A DNA stretch of 64,000 bases from an uncultured cyanobacterium (GTDB lineage Bacteria; Cyanobacteriota; Vampirovibrionia; Vampirovibrionales; JAGQHJ01): assembly GCA_937922745.1 (NCBI GenBank), contig CALAJO010000006.1, positions 8,095 through 72,094 on the forward strand, in the 5' to 3' direction. The notes below the pieces were generated by a model. It searched no databases. It was not told the DNA's origin and was given only the letters and a program-made list of their open reading frames with translations. This document shows positions 29,739 through 39,188 of this stretch, piece after piece (the first letter of the stretch is position 1; each line of letters begins with the position of its first letter). Position numbers and translations under genes: made by a program.

Positions 29739-30956
29739 TTACAGTTCTCGCACGCCGGATTGGGGTTGCGTAACGTAAAACGAAACCGGGTATTCGAACT
29801 GCCGGTTATATTCCATCTCCAGGGTTTGCTTGAAACCTTCCAACGCATCAATCCGAACCAGGTTGACCGTGCAACCGCCAAATCCGCCGCCTGTCATTCG
29901 CGCACCGATAACCCCGTCCAAGCCTTGCGCCAGTTCCACCAGCAGATCCAGCTCGGCGCAACTGACCTCGTAATCCAGTTGCAAGGATTGGTGTGATGCG
30001 TTCATCAGTTGTCCAAGCCGCTCGGCATCGTGGTGCTTTAAAGCTTCGGCGGCGAAAAGGGTTCGTTCATTCTCCGTAATCACGTGGCGCATGCGCTTGC
30101 GGATGGTCGGATCAGGCAGTTGCGATTCGTATCGTTCAAACGCCTGGGTGGAAATATCCCGCAAGGCGGTAATGTCCGGCATAAACTGCTGGAAAAAGGC
30201 AACGCCGTCCTGGCATTGCCGGCGTCGTTCGTTATACGCCGAAGAGGCCAGCTCATGCTTGACGCCGGAATCCACAATCACAACCGCGATTCCCGGCAAG
30301 TCCAGCGGAATGGGCGTCGCCTCCAGTGTCCGGCAATCGATGAGCAGGGCGTGGCGCTGCTGGCCCATGGCGGTAATAAACTGGTCCATAATACCGCATT
30401 TCGTGCCGACGTACCGGTGTTCTGCCGACTGCCCGGCCAGGGCCAGCTTTTTCAGGTCTATGTCTGAGTATCCATTTAGCGACAACAAGGCAAATCCCAC
30501 GGAATTTTCCAGCGCCGCAGAGGAGGACAAACCGGAACCGACCGGGACATTGCTTTCAATCAGCAGATCCGCGCCGTTGATGCGCCAGCCGGATTCCTCC
30601 AGGCTTCGGGCTTCGCCTTCCACGTAGCTCAGCCAATCGTGCGGGTGGGACTGCAACGGCCCATCCAGGCTAAACTCGCGGGTTTCCTGGCGCTCGATGG
30701 AATGCACGCGAATCTTCCGGTCTGCGCGAGATCGTCCTGCAATGAGCGTGCCCCGGTTTATCGCCAGGGGTAGCACAAAGCCATCGTTGTAATCCGTATG
30801 CTCGCCAATGAGGTTGACCCGGCCAGGTGCGACGAAAAATCGCGGCCGGGCATCCCCGAACAAGCCCTGGAACAGGTTGCCCAGGGCAAGCGCGTCAAAG
30901 CTTTCCACCAGGTTAACAGGCTGTGCTGCCGTTGATGCGGACGTTTCCATCAACAT
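29739..30956 (-). CDS. galK: Galactokinase
   Basis: Galactokinase signature PGRVNLIGEHTDYN and GHMP motif PVGSGLSSSAA. Confidence 0.9.
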   Translation of the reverse strand: MLMETSASTAAQPVNLVESFDALALGNLFQGLFGDARPRFFVAPGRVNLIGEHTDYNDGFVLPLAINRGTLIAGRSRADRKIRVHSIERQETREFSLDGPLQSHPHDWLSYVEGEARSLEESGWRINGADLLIESNVPVGSGLSSSAALENSVGFALLSLNGYSDIDLKKLALAGQSAEHRYVGTKCGIMDQFITAMGQQRHALLIDCRTLEATPIPLDLPGIAVVIVDSGVKHELASSAYNERRRQCQDGVAFFQQFMPDITALRDISTQAFERYESQLPDPTIRKRMRHVITENERTLFAAEALKHHDAERLGQLMNASHQSLQLDYEVSCAELDLLVELAQGLDGVIGARMTGGGFGGCTVNLVRIDALEGFKQTLEMEYNRQFEYPVSFYVTQPQSGVREL

Positions 30957-31016
30957 CCTCTTCCCGATTACATGATTATGTGGATGCAGTATAGCGTAAA
31001 TTCTGCCGGCCGCCGA

Positions 31017-32651
31017 TTAGCCAACTGTGCCGGATACCGAACCCTGCTTTAACGAGGCCATTAAATCCGCGAAGACCGTGGTGGTAAAATTCCGCTTCTC
31101 GTAGCCGGGCCAGCTGACCATGCCCACCGGGTGCAGCTTCAGGTCCTTCGGGGAACCGGAAAGCGCATCGCCCCAGTTGAACTGATCCATCAGGCTGTAC
31201 CAGGTAAAGCCCAATACGGGAATGCCGAACTTGGGCAGTTGGGCCAGCTCCACCAGTTGCTTCATGCCCCACTCTTCGCTGCCGTGGTCGAAGAAGTTGG
31301 TTTCGGTATGCAGGATAGGGAGCTGGTAACGGTTCCAGTATTCCATGCAGATACGGGCCAGGCCTTTGCGGCGATCGGAGCGGATTTCGGCTTCGTATCC
31401 CTTCACGTCGGTCATGGTTAATTGCTCGGGATGGCCGGGCTTCACGATTTCGCACGCCATGTAGTAATCCACGCCGAAGACGGTATCGGCCTTCATGGTT
31501 TTGCCAAAGCGCCGCTCGAAGAGGATATGGTATTGCTTGATGGTTTCCAGCTCCACGATCAGGTGTTGTATATCGTCCGCCAGGTTGTCCTGACGCACGT
31601 AATGGCGCGCCATCCAGCGGTACATGTCGGTCTTCTGGAAGTCGTCCTCCAGCAGCCACTCGTGGCCCAGGATCAGGTCGCTTGCCAGGAACCGGTTAAA
31701 TTCGTTGAAGTGGAAGTCGTCCGGCTGGTGTTCGCAACTGTCGTTATGGATGAAGATGACGCGCCGGCCTTCCTCCTGAAGGTGGGCTTCAATCTCGAAG
31801 CGGGCCTTGAGGGCGGCCTTGGCAATCAGCAGCGCCCTACGAATAAAGTAGTGATCGTACTGCGGATGATCAAAGCTGCCCGGCATGGCTTCGTTCCATT
31901 TCACCGCGCTAAAGCGGTTGGTAATCATCGGCTCGTTGATGATGGTGATGGCGTCCAGCTTGGGCAGGTAGGTTTTAACGGCCTTCATCCCAAACTCGAT
32001 GAAATGGTTGGGCCAATCCGGGTTGAGAAAAACGCTTTCTTCCGGTTTCTCATCATTACGGTAAGCCGCTGGCAGGCCAAAGTGCAGCAAGTCCAGGCTC
32101 ACTTTTTTGTTGCGGGCCTTAAAGCGATCCAGGATATTGGTAAACACCTGCCAGTTGTCCTGTTCCACCATAATGTGGTTGGGCATGCCAAGGCGCACAT
32201 TCTCAATCTGGCACTCGTCCATGGCATCCAATTGGCGATCGAGGTGTTCGTCTTCGTAGATGCCGGTAAAAGCCAGCTGATCCCAACGCTCGCCTTCCGG
32301 GCTTTGCGGGTTGCTGCACTCAATCCCGGTCCAGAAGAAAGAGGAGAATGTTTCCTTGAACAGGGCAATGGTTTCCTGGTTCTCGGCGGCGCGCCGCTCA
32401 TCCGCATGGCGAACCGCGCCGTATTTTGCCTCGTTGATGTATTGGTTTTCCGGCTGGTGCAACTTTTTCTCCGCCCAGCGGTGGTAGTTGTGAATCTCGT
32501 GATCCAGTGGGGTGTCCCCAGTTGGCAGAACATTGATGTGGAGCAGATCTTCCGCGCGCTCCTCCGGCTCCACAATATGGAGGGGGGCAACGACTTGCAT
32601 TGGAATAACATTGTCCAGTGGCTTTTCAGCCTCAAACCCGCTGTGATTCAC
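31017..32651 (-). CDS. GH1-like (clan GH-A) glycoside hydrolase, paralogous to the N-domain of 24666..26876
   Basis: INEPMITNRF (acid/base) and ILHTETN (nucleophile), plus a GFTWYSLMDQFNWGD tail. Shares IECSNP/IECTVN N-terminal similarity with the fusion protein. Confidence 0.6.
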   Translation of the reverse strand: MNHSGFEAEKPLDNVIPMQVVAPLHIVEPEERAEDLLHINVLPTGDTPLDHEIHNYHRWAEKKLHQPENQYINEAKYGAVRHADERRAAENQETIALFKETFSSFFWTGIECSNPQSPEGERWDQLAFTGIYEDEHLDRQLDAMDECQIENVRLGMPNHIMVEQDNWQVFTNILDRFKARNKKVSLDLLHFGLPAAYRNDEKPEESVFLNPDWPNHFIEFGMKAVKTYLPKLDAITIINEPMITNRFSAVKWNEAMPGSFDHPQYDHYFIRRALLIAKAALKARFEIEAHLQEEGRRVIFIHNDSCEHQPDDFHFNEFNRFLASDLILGHEWLLEDDFQKTDMYRWMARHYVRQDNLADDIQHLIVELETIKQYHILFERRFGKTMKADTVFGVDYYMACEIVKPGHPEQLTMTDVKGYEAEIRSDRRKGLARICMEYWNRYQLPILHTETNFFDHGSEEWGMKQLVELAQLPKFGIPVLGFTWYSLMDQFNWGDALSGSPKDLKLHPVGMVSWPGYEKRNFTTTVFADLMASLKQGSVSGTVG

Positions 32652-32795
32652 CTTCTAAACCTCTCTGTGTGCTACCGCGTAAACCCGTTGAAACCAGACC
32701 AATCTGCATAATATAACCGATTATGCCATTAGTTTTCGTTTTGTCTACCGATTTCTTGAAGGAATTTCGGGATTTTTTGGATTTTTTTTCGCGGT

Positions 32796-34127
32796 TTACC
32801 GAGCGTTTGGTTCAAGCGGACTCTTCAGTACAATGATATTTCCCTTCAGGACTGCGTTTTGGGCTTTGGCGGGCGCATGCGCCGAAGACCAAAAAATGAT
32901 GCCATGATCGTAATAATTGTGGATTGCTTCTGGCATGGGAAATCCCAGGTAACCTGCGTAAATGTCGCGGACGGTGGAAATGTACTGATCCGGCCGGCCG
33001 ATGTCGCTCCAGTAAAACGGCTCCTGCAACATTTGCGCATAAATCGGCCGCTTGGGGTCGGCAGCTTCATCATGCTGGGCCAGCAGGCCGGGGAAAAAGT
33101 CCATCGCATAATCGAACTCCGGGCTGGTCTGCCATTTACGCTGCCCGGCCTCCAGGAATAACGGGTAAACCTGTGGTGACAGCACATAAAACCCGATACT
33201 GCCCAGTCGGCTTGGCCCTGCTTCCGCCAGCGTCGGCTTTTCCTTGAAGGACAGCACAAACCCGGATTCTTCATCCGCATGGCTGCGATCCGTCACGACG
33301 ATGGCCATCTGGCTCACCTGGTCATCGGAGATATGCCGCACACCAATGCTGACCAGCGGATCCTGTTGGCGATGCGCGTTTAAAAAGGCGCTTAGGTTGG
33401 CATTGGTCACGGCATCCCCCTGCATAATCAAGATGGGCTTGTCCGGGTCAATCCGGTTTTGTTCCAGCGCCTTGACCAGGCCGCCCGCCGTACCGGAGGG
33501 TTGATCTTCGTCGATATAAATAAATTCCAGCCCTTCCACGGCTGCCAGTTGCGCCTTTAAAACGTCGGGCTTATAAAAGGTATTGATGATTATTTTTCGA
33601 ATGCCGTGGGATTGGAGATGCCGGGCCAGCATCGTGATTACGGAATCTTCTCCCACCAGAGGGGCGCTGGGCTTGGAATACCCGGTGACATCGCCGGAAA
33701 CCGGCACAAATCGGCTGGCCAACCCGGCTCCCAGGATCATTGCCTGATCGGTGACGGTTTGAATTTGAGCGGGTTTTTGCGGAATCTGCGGCGAGCTGAC
33801 CCGCCCCTGGATGATATCGCCCGGCATGTCCAACTGCGTGTCGTTCAGCCGTATCTGGCTGCCGGGGAGGGCAATGTAGGTGAGCTGCCCCGTCTTGACG
33901 ATGCCAAAGAAGCCGCCTTTTTCATTAAGGAAGCGGACCTGGGTGGTGGCGTCCTCCACCTGCCGAACGGATGCCAGGATCTGGTGCGGCCCAAACCGTG
34001 TGGAGTCCGGCTCCGGGTTCCATAGCGTGGTTTTCTGCCAGCCGGGGGCATCCTGCTCGGTTCTGCCTTCCACGGCGGTTTTAACCTGGGGATGTTTTTC
34101 CAGCGTTACGGATCCGAATGTCTGCAT
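32796..34127 (-). CDS. Sugar-1-phosphate nucleotidyltransferase with ~110 aa N-terminal and ~150 aa C-terminal extensions
   Basis: NTP_transferase core MILGAGLASRF ... GTAGGL ... IMQGD. Confidence 0.75.
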   Translation of the reverse strand: MQTFGSVTLEKHPQVKTAVEGRTEQDAPGWQKTTLWNPEPDSTRFGPHQILASVRQVEDATTQVRFLNEKGGFFGIVKTGQLTYIALPGSQIRLNDTQLDMPGDIIQGRVSSPQIPQKPAQIQTVTDQAMILGAGLASRFVPVSGDVTGYSKPSAPLVGEDSVITMLARHLQSHGIRKIIINTFYKPDVLKAQLAAVEGLEFIYIDEDQPSGTAGGLVKALEQNRIDPDKPILIMQGDAVTNANLSAFLNAHRQQDPLVSIGVRHISDDQVSQMAIVVTDRSHADEESGFVLSFKEKPTLAEAGPSRLGSIGFYVLSPQVYPLFLEAGQRKWQTSPEFDYAMDFFPGLLAQHDEAADPKRPIYAQMLQEPFYWSDIGRPDQYISTVRDIYAGYLGFPMPEAIHNYYDHGIIFWSSAHAPAKAQNAVLKGNIIVLKSPLEPNAR

Positions 34128-34364
34128 GGCCTCTCATCCTTCAGCATCACGAAAAACTTGATGGGCAATCGTCATCCCATCTATCATTCCCGATGGGAAT
34201 GGCGCATGCAATTGAACAGTCGGTTATCTTTTTTTCCCGTAAATTATGAGAGAGTATTAAAGGTAAATAATAAAGGGTCGGTGCAGGGCAGGAACAGGCC
34301 CTGCGCAACCAGCAAACTTTTTGACTGTTTCTTCATGTTCTGATTAAAAGGAGTTCAAATCATC

Positions 34365-35378
34365 ATGCTCTTAGTCACAGGCGGCGCAGGATACATTGGA
34401 AGCCATTTCGTAAAGACGTACCTGGATACCCATCCGCAGGCGCAAGTGGTGGTCGTGGACGACCTGTCCGAAGGGCACCGCGAGGCCTTGGCCTTTTCAG
34501 ACCGGATTCGCTTTATCCAGGAAGATATCGGCAATGTGGAGGGGATGATCCAGGTTCTGCAATCGCAGGGGATTGAGGCCATCGTGCATTTTGCCGCCAG
34601 TTGCTACGTCGGCGAATCGCAAACGAATCCCACCAAGTATTTCCAAAACAACGTCGTTAAGACGCTCAACCTCTTCAAGGCCATGGATCAGGCCGGTGTG
34701 AAGCGAATCGTCTTTTCCTCCACCTGCGCCACCTACGGCAACCCGGTGCGCATGCCGCTGGATGAAACGCACCCGCAAAACCCCATTAATATCTACGGCC
34801 TCACCAAGCTGATGATCGAGCAGGCGTTGCGCGGCTACTGCGAAACCCTGGGCTGGTCCGCGTTTGCCCTGCGCTACTTTAATGCCGCAGGGGCGGATGA
34901 GAGCGGCCTCATCGGGGAGCTGCACGACCCGGAAACCCATCTGATTCCGCTGGTATTGCGGGCGGCGCAAGGCAAGAGCAAGGCCATCGACATTTACGGC
35001 GAGGACTATGACACGCCGGACGGCACATGCATCCGCGATTATATCCACGTCACCGACCTGGCCCACGCGCACATCAAGGCGTTGGAGAAGCTGCAAGCCA
35101 GCACCGGCTTCGATGCCATTAATCTGGGGACGACCCATGGCGCGTCAGTCAAGGAGATTATCGCCATTTGCGGGGAAGTTACCGGCAAGCCCATCCCGGT
35201 CAATGTGGCCGGCCGTCGTCCTGGGGATCCGCCACGGCTGGTGGCCAACGCCGACAAGGCCTTGAACGTGTTGGGCTGGAAGACGCAGTTTGACCTGCGC
35301 ACCATCATCCGTACCGCATGGGCATGGGAAGAAGGAGGAAAGTATGCAACCGACAGGCTCACCGCTAGCCACGCTTAA
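34365..35378 (+). CDS. galE: UDP-glucose 4-epimerase
   Basis: LVTGGAGYIGSH, catalytic YGLTK and the HVTDLAHAH region. Confidence 0.9.
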   Translation: MLLVTGGAGYIGSHFVKTYLDTHPQAQVVVVDDLSEGHREALAFSDRIRFIQEDIGNVEGMIQVLQSQGIEAIVHFAASCYVGESQTNPTKYFQNNVVKTLNLFKAMDQAGVKRIVFSSTCATYGNPVRMPLDETHPQNPINIYGLTKLMIEQALRGYCETLGWSAFALRYFNAAGADESGLIGELHDPETHLIPLVLRAAQGKSKAIDIYGEDYDTPDGTCIRDYIHVTDLAHAHIKALEKLQASTGFDAINLGTTHGASVKEIIAICGEVTGKPIPVNVAGRRPGDPPRLVANADKALNVLGWKTQFDLRTIIRTAWAWEEGGKYATDRLTASHA

Positions 35379-36561
35379 CCGCGAGCTGGAAACCCGCTTT
35401 GATAACGCCGCCATGCAAGGGGCCTTGCAGCCCTTCCTGCACTTCGTTAACCAGGCCATGCCGTCGTTAAAGTCGGTGCCGGACTTGAGCGTCGTCGAGA
35501 GTTCCCTGGCCACCGAGCCGGGTGACGAGGGAACGCTTACGGTTGCAGCCCTTCAGTCCGGACCGGTGAGGCTTACCGTGAACCATGAGCTGGGGATTCG
35601 CCTGTATTACCACGGGAAGCAAGTGACGACGGACCGGGAGAATATCCCCTATCATTACCCATGGTTTAGCATCGATCCGGCGGATCCGGAGAAGATTGCG
35701 GCGTATGCCATCAAGCATGTGTCCCGCGGCTCCCGTGCGGATAGCTGGCCGGAAAGCCAATGGCCCCTGGTTCAGGGTGTGCTTCAGGGGGAGCAGAACT
35801 GGCCGCCGCGCAGTGTGGCTTTTGGCCCTTACGATTTGGACCTGGTGGAGGATGGCCCGGTGCGCGCCATTCAGGTGGGCCTTCCCTCGCAGGATGGGTT
35901 ACCGGTGGAACCGAATGCTTATGGCGTCATCCCGCGGGGGTTGTTCAGCGTCAACCCGGATCAATCCGTGGTGATGGCGTGGCAGAACGAAAACCACTCC
36001 GAGAAGGGGTTGCACTGGTGCGCCTGGTTTATCCTGGGGTTTGCGATGCCCAGGGCCAACCCGTCCTACTCCGATCCCACGGTGATCTTCGCGATTCCCG
36101 ACAGCGAGGCGGATGACCCGTCCACAAACCGGATGACCAAGGTTTGGAACTACTTTGACATCAACGGCCGCAGGATGGCGTTAATTAACCCGCACGTCAA
36201 AACGCTCAACGAGCCGTTCAAGAAGTTTTATCGGGATGTGAACTGGACAGTGGTGGCCGAAAAGGGCGCTGACCATCTCATCCTGACGCGGAGTATGCTG
36301 CGCCATGATGAGCAGTTTTTCCCGTTCCTGGAGCATGGGCAGTACTTCATCGAGGCTGAGCATACGGGCCGCCTGGCCGCGCCGGGGGAGAAAAGCACCG
36401 TTGTCGTCCGCCACGATTTTGTGAAGCTGGCCGACCTGACCCAGGGGAAACTCACCCAGTTCAGCACCTCCCCGGCGTTTGTCGAGGAAGTCCAGGCCAT
36501 CCTGGCGGAACTGGTCGCCCTGGATGACGCCGGCCGTCTGATTGCTGTCGTTTCAGAATAA
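35344..36561 (+). CDS. Hypothetical 406 aa protein with no recognisable domain. The track ORF is trimmed to the ATG at 35344, preceded by GGAGGAAAGT.
   Basis: ORF with a good RBS. Co-oriented with galE, which it overlaps, and with the following dioxygenase. Confidence 0.5.
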   Translation: MQPTGSPLATLNRELETRFDNAAMQGALQPFLHFVNQAMPSLKSVPDLSVVESSLATEPGDEGTLTVAALQSGPVRLTVNHELGIRLYYHGKQVTTDRENIPYHYPWFSIDPADPEKIAAYAIKHVSRGSRADSWPESQWPLVQGVLQGEQNWPPRSVAFGPYDLDLVEDGPVRAIQVGLPSQDGLPVEPNAYGVIPRGLFSVNPDQSVVMAWQNENHSEKGLHWCAWFILGFAMPRANPSYSDPTVIFAIPDSEADDPSTNRMTKVWNYFDINGRRMALINPHVKTLNEPFKKFYRDVNWTVVAEKGADHLILTRSMLRHDEQFFPFLEHGQYFIEAEHTGRLAAPGEKSTVVVRHDFVKLADLTQGKLTQFSTSPAFVEEVQAILAELVALDDAGRLIAVVSE

Positions 36562-36654
36562 GTTGGATTTTCATCATTTTTTATCGCACCCATTTTCTTG
36601 CGGTTGAATATGGTTTATTCTTTATTGTTCAAAATCTGGAAGAGGGGCTCGTTT

Positions 36655-37500
36655 ATGTCGACACAATCTCAATCCGCTATCCGTAACCGCTATACCGAAG
36701 CCGAAATCGAAGGTTATACCCAACAAATACTGCGGGATGGCTTTTGCATCCTGAAGGGGCATTTTCCCAAGGAGAAGCTGCAAACCTGGAAAGAGGCGTT
36801 CGATCCGTTAATGGAACAGCGGATCCAGGATGGCACGGCCTCCGAGCGGGGGCCGAAACGGTTTTACATTTCCCTGCCGTTTACCATGCCCTTTGCCGAC
36901 CCGGCCATTTACGAGGACCCCGATATTCTGGCAATCCTGGAACGTCTGGGCGGGGATATCGTGATGCCGGAGCTGGCCAGCGATACCCCACTGCAAGGAT
37001 CCGACTTCCAGGTGATCCACCGGGATCATCTGCAGATGTCGCCGGATCTGCCGGATCGTGACCCGGCCCTGCCGTTCCAGTTTGCCGTCAACTTTCCGCT
37101 GGTGGATGTGACGCTGGCGAACGGCCCGTTTGAAGTGGCCCGCGGCACCCACCTCCTCACCGATGCCGAGTGCAAGGAACGCATCCGCTCCGGGGAGATG
37201 GAGACCCAACTGGAGCCGCTGATGATGGAAGTGGGCGATGTAATGATTCGGGATGTGCGTGCCCTGCACCGCGGCACCCCCAACCACACCGAAACCCCAC
37301 GCACCATGATTGTTGTGGGCTACAACTGCGCAGAACACCAACGCCCCCAGTTAAAGATTCATATTCCCCAAGCGGAGTTTAACAAGCTCTCCGGGCGCGG
37401 GCGGCAGTTGCTTCGACTGAACCCCGTTGTGGAGTCCCTGGATGCCATCCGGCCGTCCGAAACCTACTCCAACCTCTACTTCCTGGAGGATGCGGATTAG
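36655..37500 (+). CDS. PhyH-family Fe(II)/2-oxoglutarate-dependent dioxygenase
   Basis: HRDH...(D) facial-triad region (QVIHRDHLQ) and a distal HRGTPNHT, typical of the PhyH fold. Confidence 0.65.
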   Translation: MSTQSQSAIRNRYTEAEIEGYTQQILRDGFCILKGHFPKEKLQTWKEAFDPLMEQRIQDGTASERGPKRFYISLPFTMPFADPAIYEDPDILAILERLGGDIVMPELASDTPLQGSDFQVIHRDHLQMSPDLPDRDPALPFQFAVNFPLVDVTLANGPFEVARGTHLLTDAECKERIRSGEMETQLEPLMMEVGDVMIRDVRALHRGTPNHTETPRTMIVVGYNCAEHQRPQLKIHIPQAEFNKLSGRGRQLLRLNPVVESLDAIRPSETYSNLYFLEDAD

Positions 37501-37543
37501 CCGGGACGCTGAAGGGCTGGCTATTATAAACCCGTCCGAGCCA

Positions 37544-38818
37544 TCATTTTATGGAAACCAGTTCCCACGGGATATAGCACAGGATGGTGGTTCCTTTGGG
37601 CGTTGTATCCGTGGCATCCCCTGCCGTGGCGCTTTGGATGACCAGCCGGCCCCCGGCTGACGAGAGCAACTGGCTCATTGCGGGCAAGCCAAACCCACTG
37701 CCGCTGGCCATCTTCTCTGCATCGGGCGCTTTATTTAAATCAGGCATCCTGTCTGCCGGAATGCCTAACCCGTTATCCGTTACCTTAAACACGAGCATGG
37801 TTTGATCTTTGGAGGGGAACCCAGACCCCCAGTGATTGGCTTTTATTTTGGCCTGTCCAATGTCCAGCGCGATGGTTTTTTGAGGCTCATCGGGATCGCT
37901 GTAGCGGATGGCATTGGCAACCAGGTTGGAAAGCACGATGAAGAACCAGCCGGGTGTCTTCAACGCCAGCGCCTCGTCTCTCTTAAGCGTGGGAGATGTA
38001 GACAGGGAAACGTTTTGGGCTACCATCATCTGGGCATAGATCTGGTGAATATCAGACATGGTTTCGTACAGGGTTGGATTTTGATTGGGCGCGGCGAGCA
38101 TATAAGAGGATACGGTGGCCGACTTAAGGCGCAAAATGTTCAGCGCAGCCATCAGGATTTCGAAATGCCTGGCTTGCTGGGCTTCCGTGTTATCGGGCCG
38201 GTTCATCATTTCGGCCTGCCCAACGATTGCCGCAATCGGGGTCTTGAACTCGTGGGTGACCGTGCCCACAAAATGCCTGTCTTTTGTGGACAAGGATTGG
38301 CTGAAAGTCTGTACAAACATGGCTATGGCATCCAGGCGAATTCCCATCTCCAGGAACGACTGGGCTTGCTTCAGGCGGAGTTTTGCAATCGCCTCGTCCG
38401 TGTTTTGCCCTTTTGGTGGCATCGCTTTACGTCTGGCCAGTTTTTCAATCTCACGGGTTGAAGCGTGAATCGTGAGCAAGCTGCGCTCAATGGTTTTGCT
38501 CACCATATCGCACAGGCTGGTGGTGATTTCCTTGGCGACAGGGCTATCAAATAACGTAGTTTGATTTTGGGCGGCAAACTTTACAGCCTGGGCTCCCGGC
38601 AGTACTGTTTGACGGGAAGGCAGGATCTGCCCGGAAGGAAAATTTAAGCTGGGTTTGCCCGCTTGAGCGAATGGTTGCCGATATGGCGACTTGCTGCAAT
38701 ACAGCGCGCCCGGGGGCATCAGTGCGGATGATATCATGGGGAAATCGTCTCTTCTTTTTATAAGGGGGTTAAGCGAGGAATAAGGAAAGGTTAAACCATA
38801 TAAACCTCTCAATGCCAA
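37544..38818 (-). CDS. Soluble sensor histidine kinase with no transmembrane region and no cognate response regulator nearby
   Basis: H-box HEFKTPIAAIVGQAEMM, N-box LVANAIRYS, G-boxes DNGLGIP and GSGFGL. TTG start at 38818; an alternative ATG lies at 38736. Confidence 0.75.
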   Translation of the reverse strand: MALRGLYGLTFPYSSLNPLIKRRDDFPMISSALMPPGALYCSKSPYRQPFAQAGKPSLNFPSGQILPSRQTVLPGAQAVKFAAQNQTTLFDSPVAKEITTSLCDMVSKTIERSLLTIHASTREIEKLARRKAMPPKGQNTDEAIAKLRLKQAQSFLEMGIRLDAIAMFVQTFSQSLSTKDRHFVGTVTHEFKTPIAAIVGQAEMMNRPDNTEAQQARHFEILMAALNILRLKSATVSSYMLAAPNQNPTLYETMSDIHQIYAQMMVAQNVSLSTSPTLKRDEALALKTPGWFFIVLSNLVANAIRYSDPDEPQKTIALDIGQAKIKANHWGSGFPSKDQTMLVFKVTDNGLGIPADRMPDLNKAPDAEKMASGSGFGLPAMSQLLSSAGGRLVIQSATAGDATDTTPKGTTILCYIPWELVSIK

Positions 38819-38892
38819 AAATTGCCTGCTCTAAAAAGTTGTGCGGATTGCAGAGGAGGCAAACTAAAAAGTGAGAAAACAAACCCATTTTT

Positions 38893-39014
38893 GGCGGATA
38901 AGTCCACACCTCTTTTCTGCAAATAAATTTTGAACGAACGAAGCCATTTTTTTGGTCGGATAAGTCCACACCTCTTTTCTGTAAATGAATTTTGAACGAA
39001 CGAAGCCATTTTTT
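38893..39014. repeat. Tandem direct repeat, 2 x 61 bp
   Basis: GG(c/t)CGGATAAGTCCACACCTCTTTTCTG(c/t)AAAT(a/g)AATTTTGAACGAACGAAGCCATTTTTT occurs twice, back to back. Confidence 0.75.
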
Positions 39015-39188
39015 GCCGGACAGTAAATGATAGGAAAGATGATTCAACCCGTGATTTACGCATGAGAGACCCTGCAATGAGGGGGGAAACCTGGAAGGCA
39101 CGCACTTAGATAGTATAAAGCCTGTTTTTTTATATAATTTATATATTTAATGAATAATTAAGATTTAGGATCGCCTGAAATTCCCCGG

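Noticed and set aside
31422-32711. 429 aa plus-strand ORF
   Set aside because: Antisense to the GH1-like gene, with no recognisable domain.
38880-39020. Possible CRISPR array
   Set aside because: Only two repeat copies, directly abutting without spacers. This is a tandem duplication, not a repeat-spacer array.
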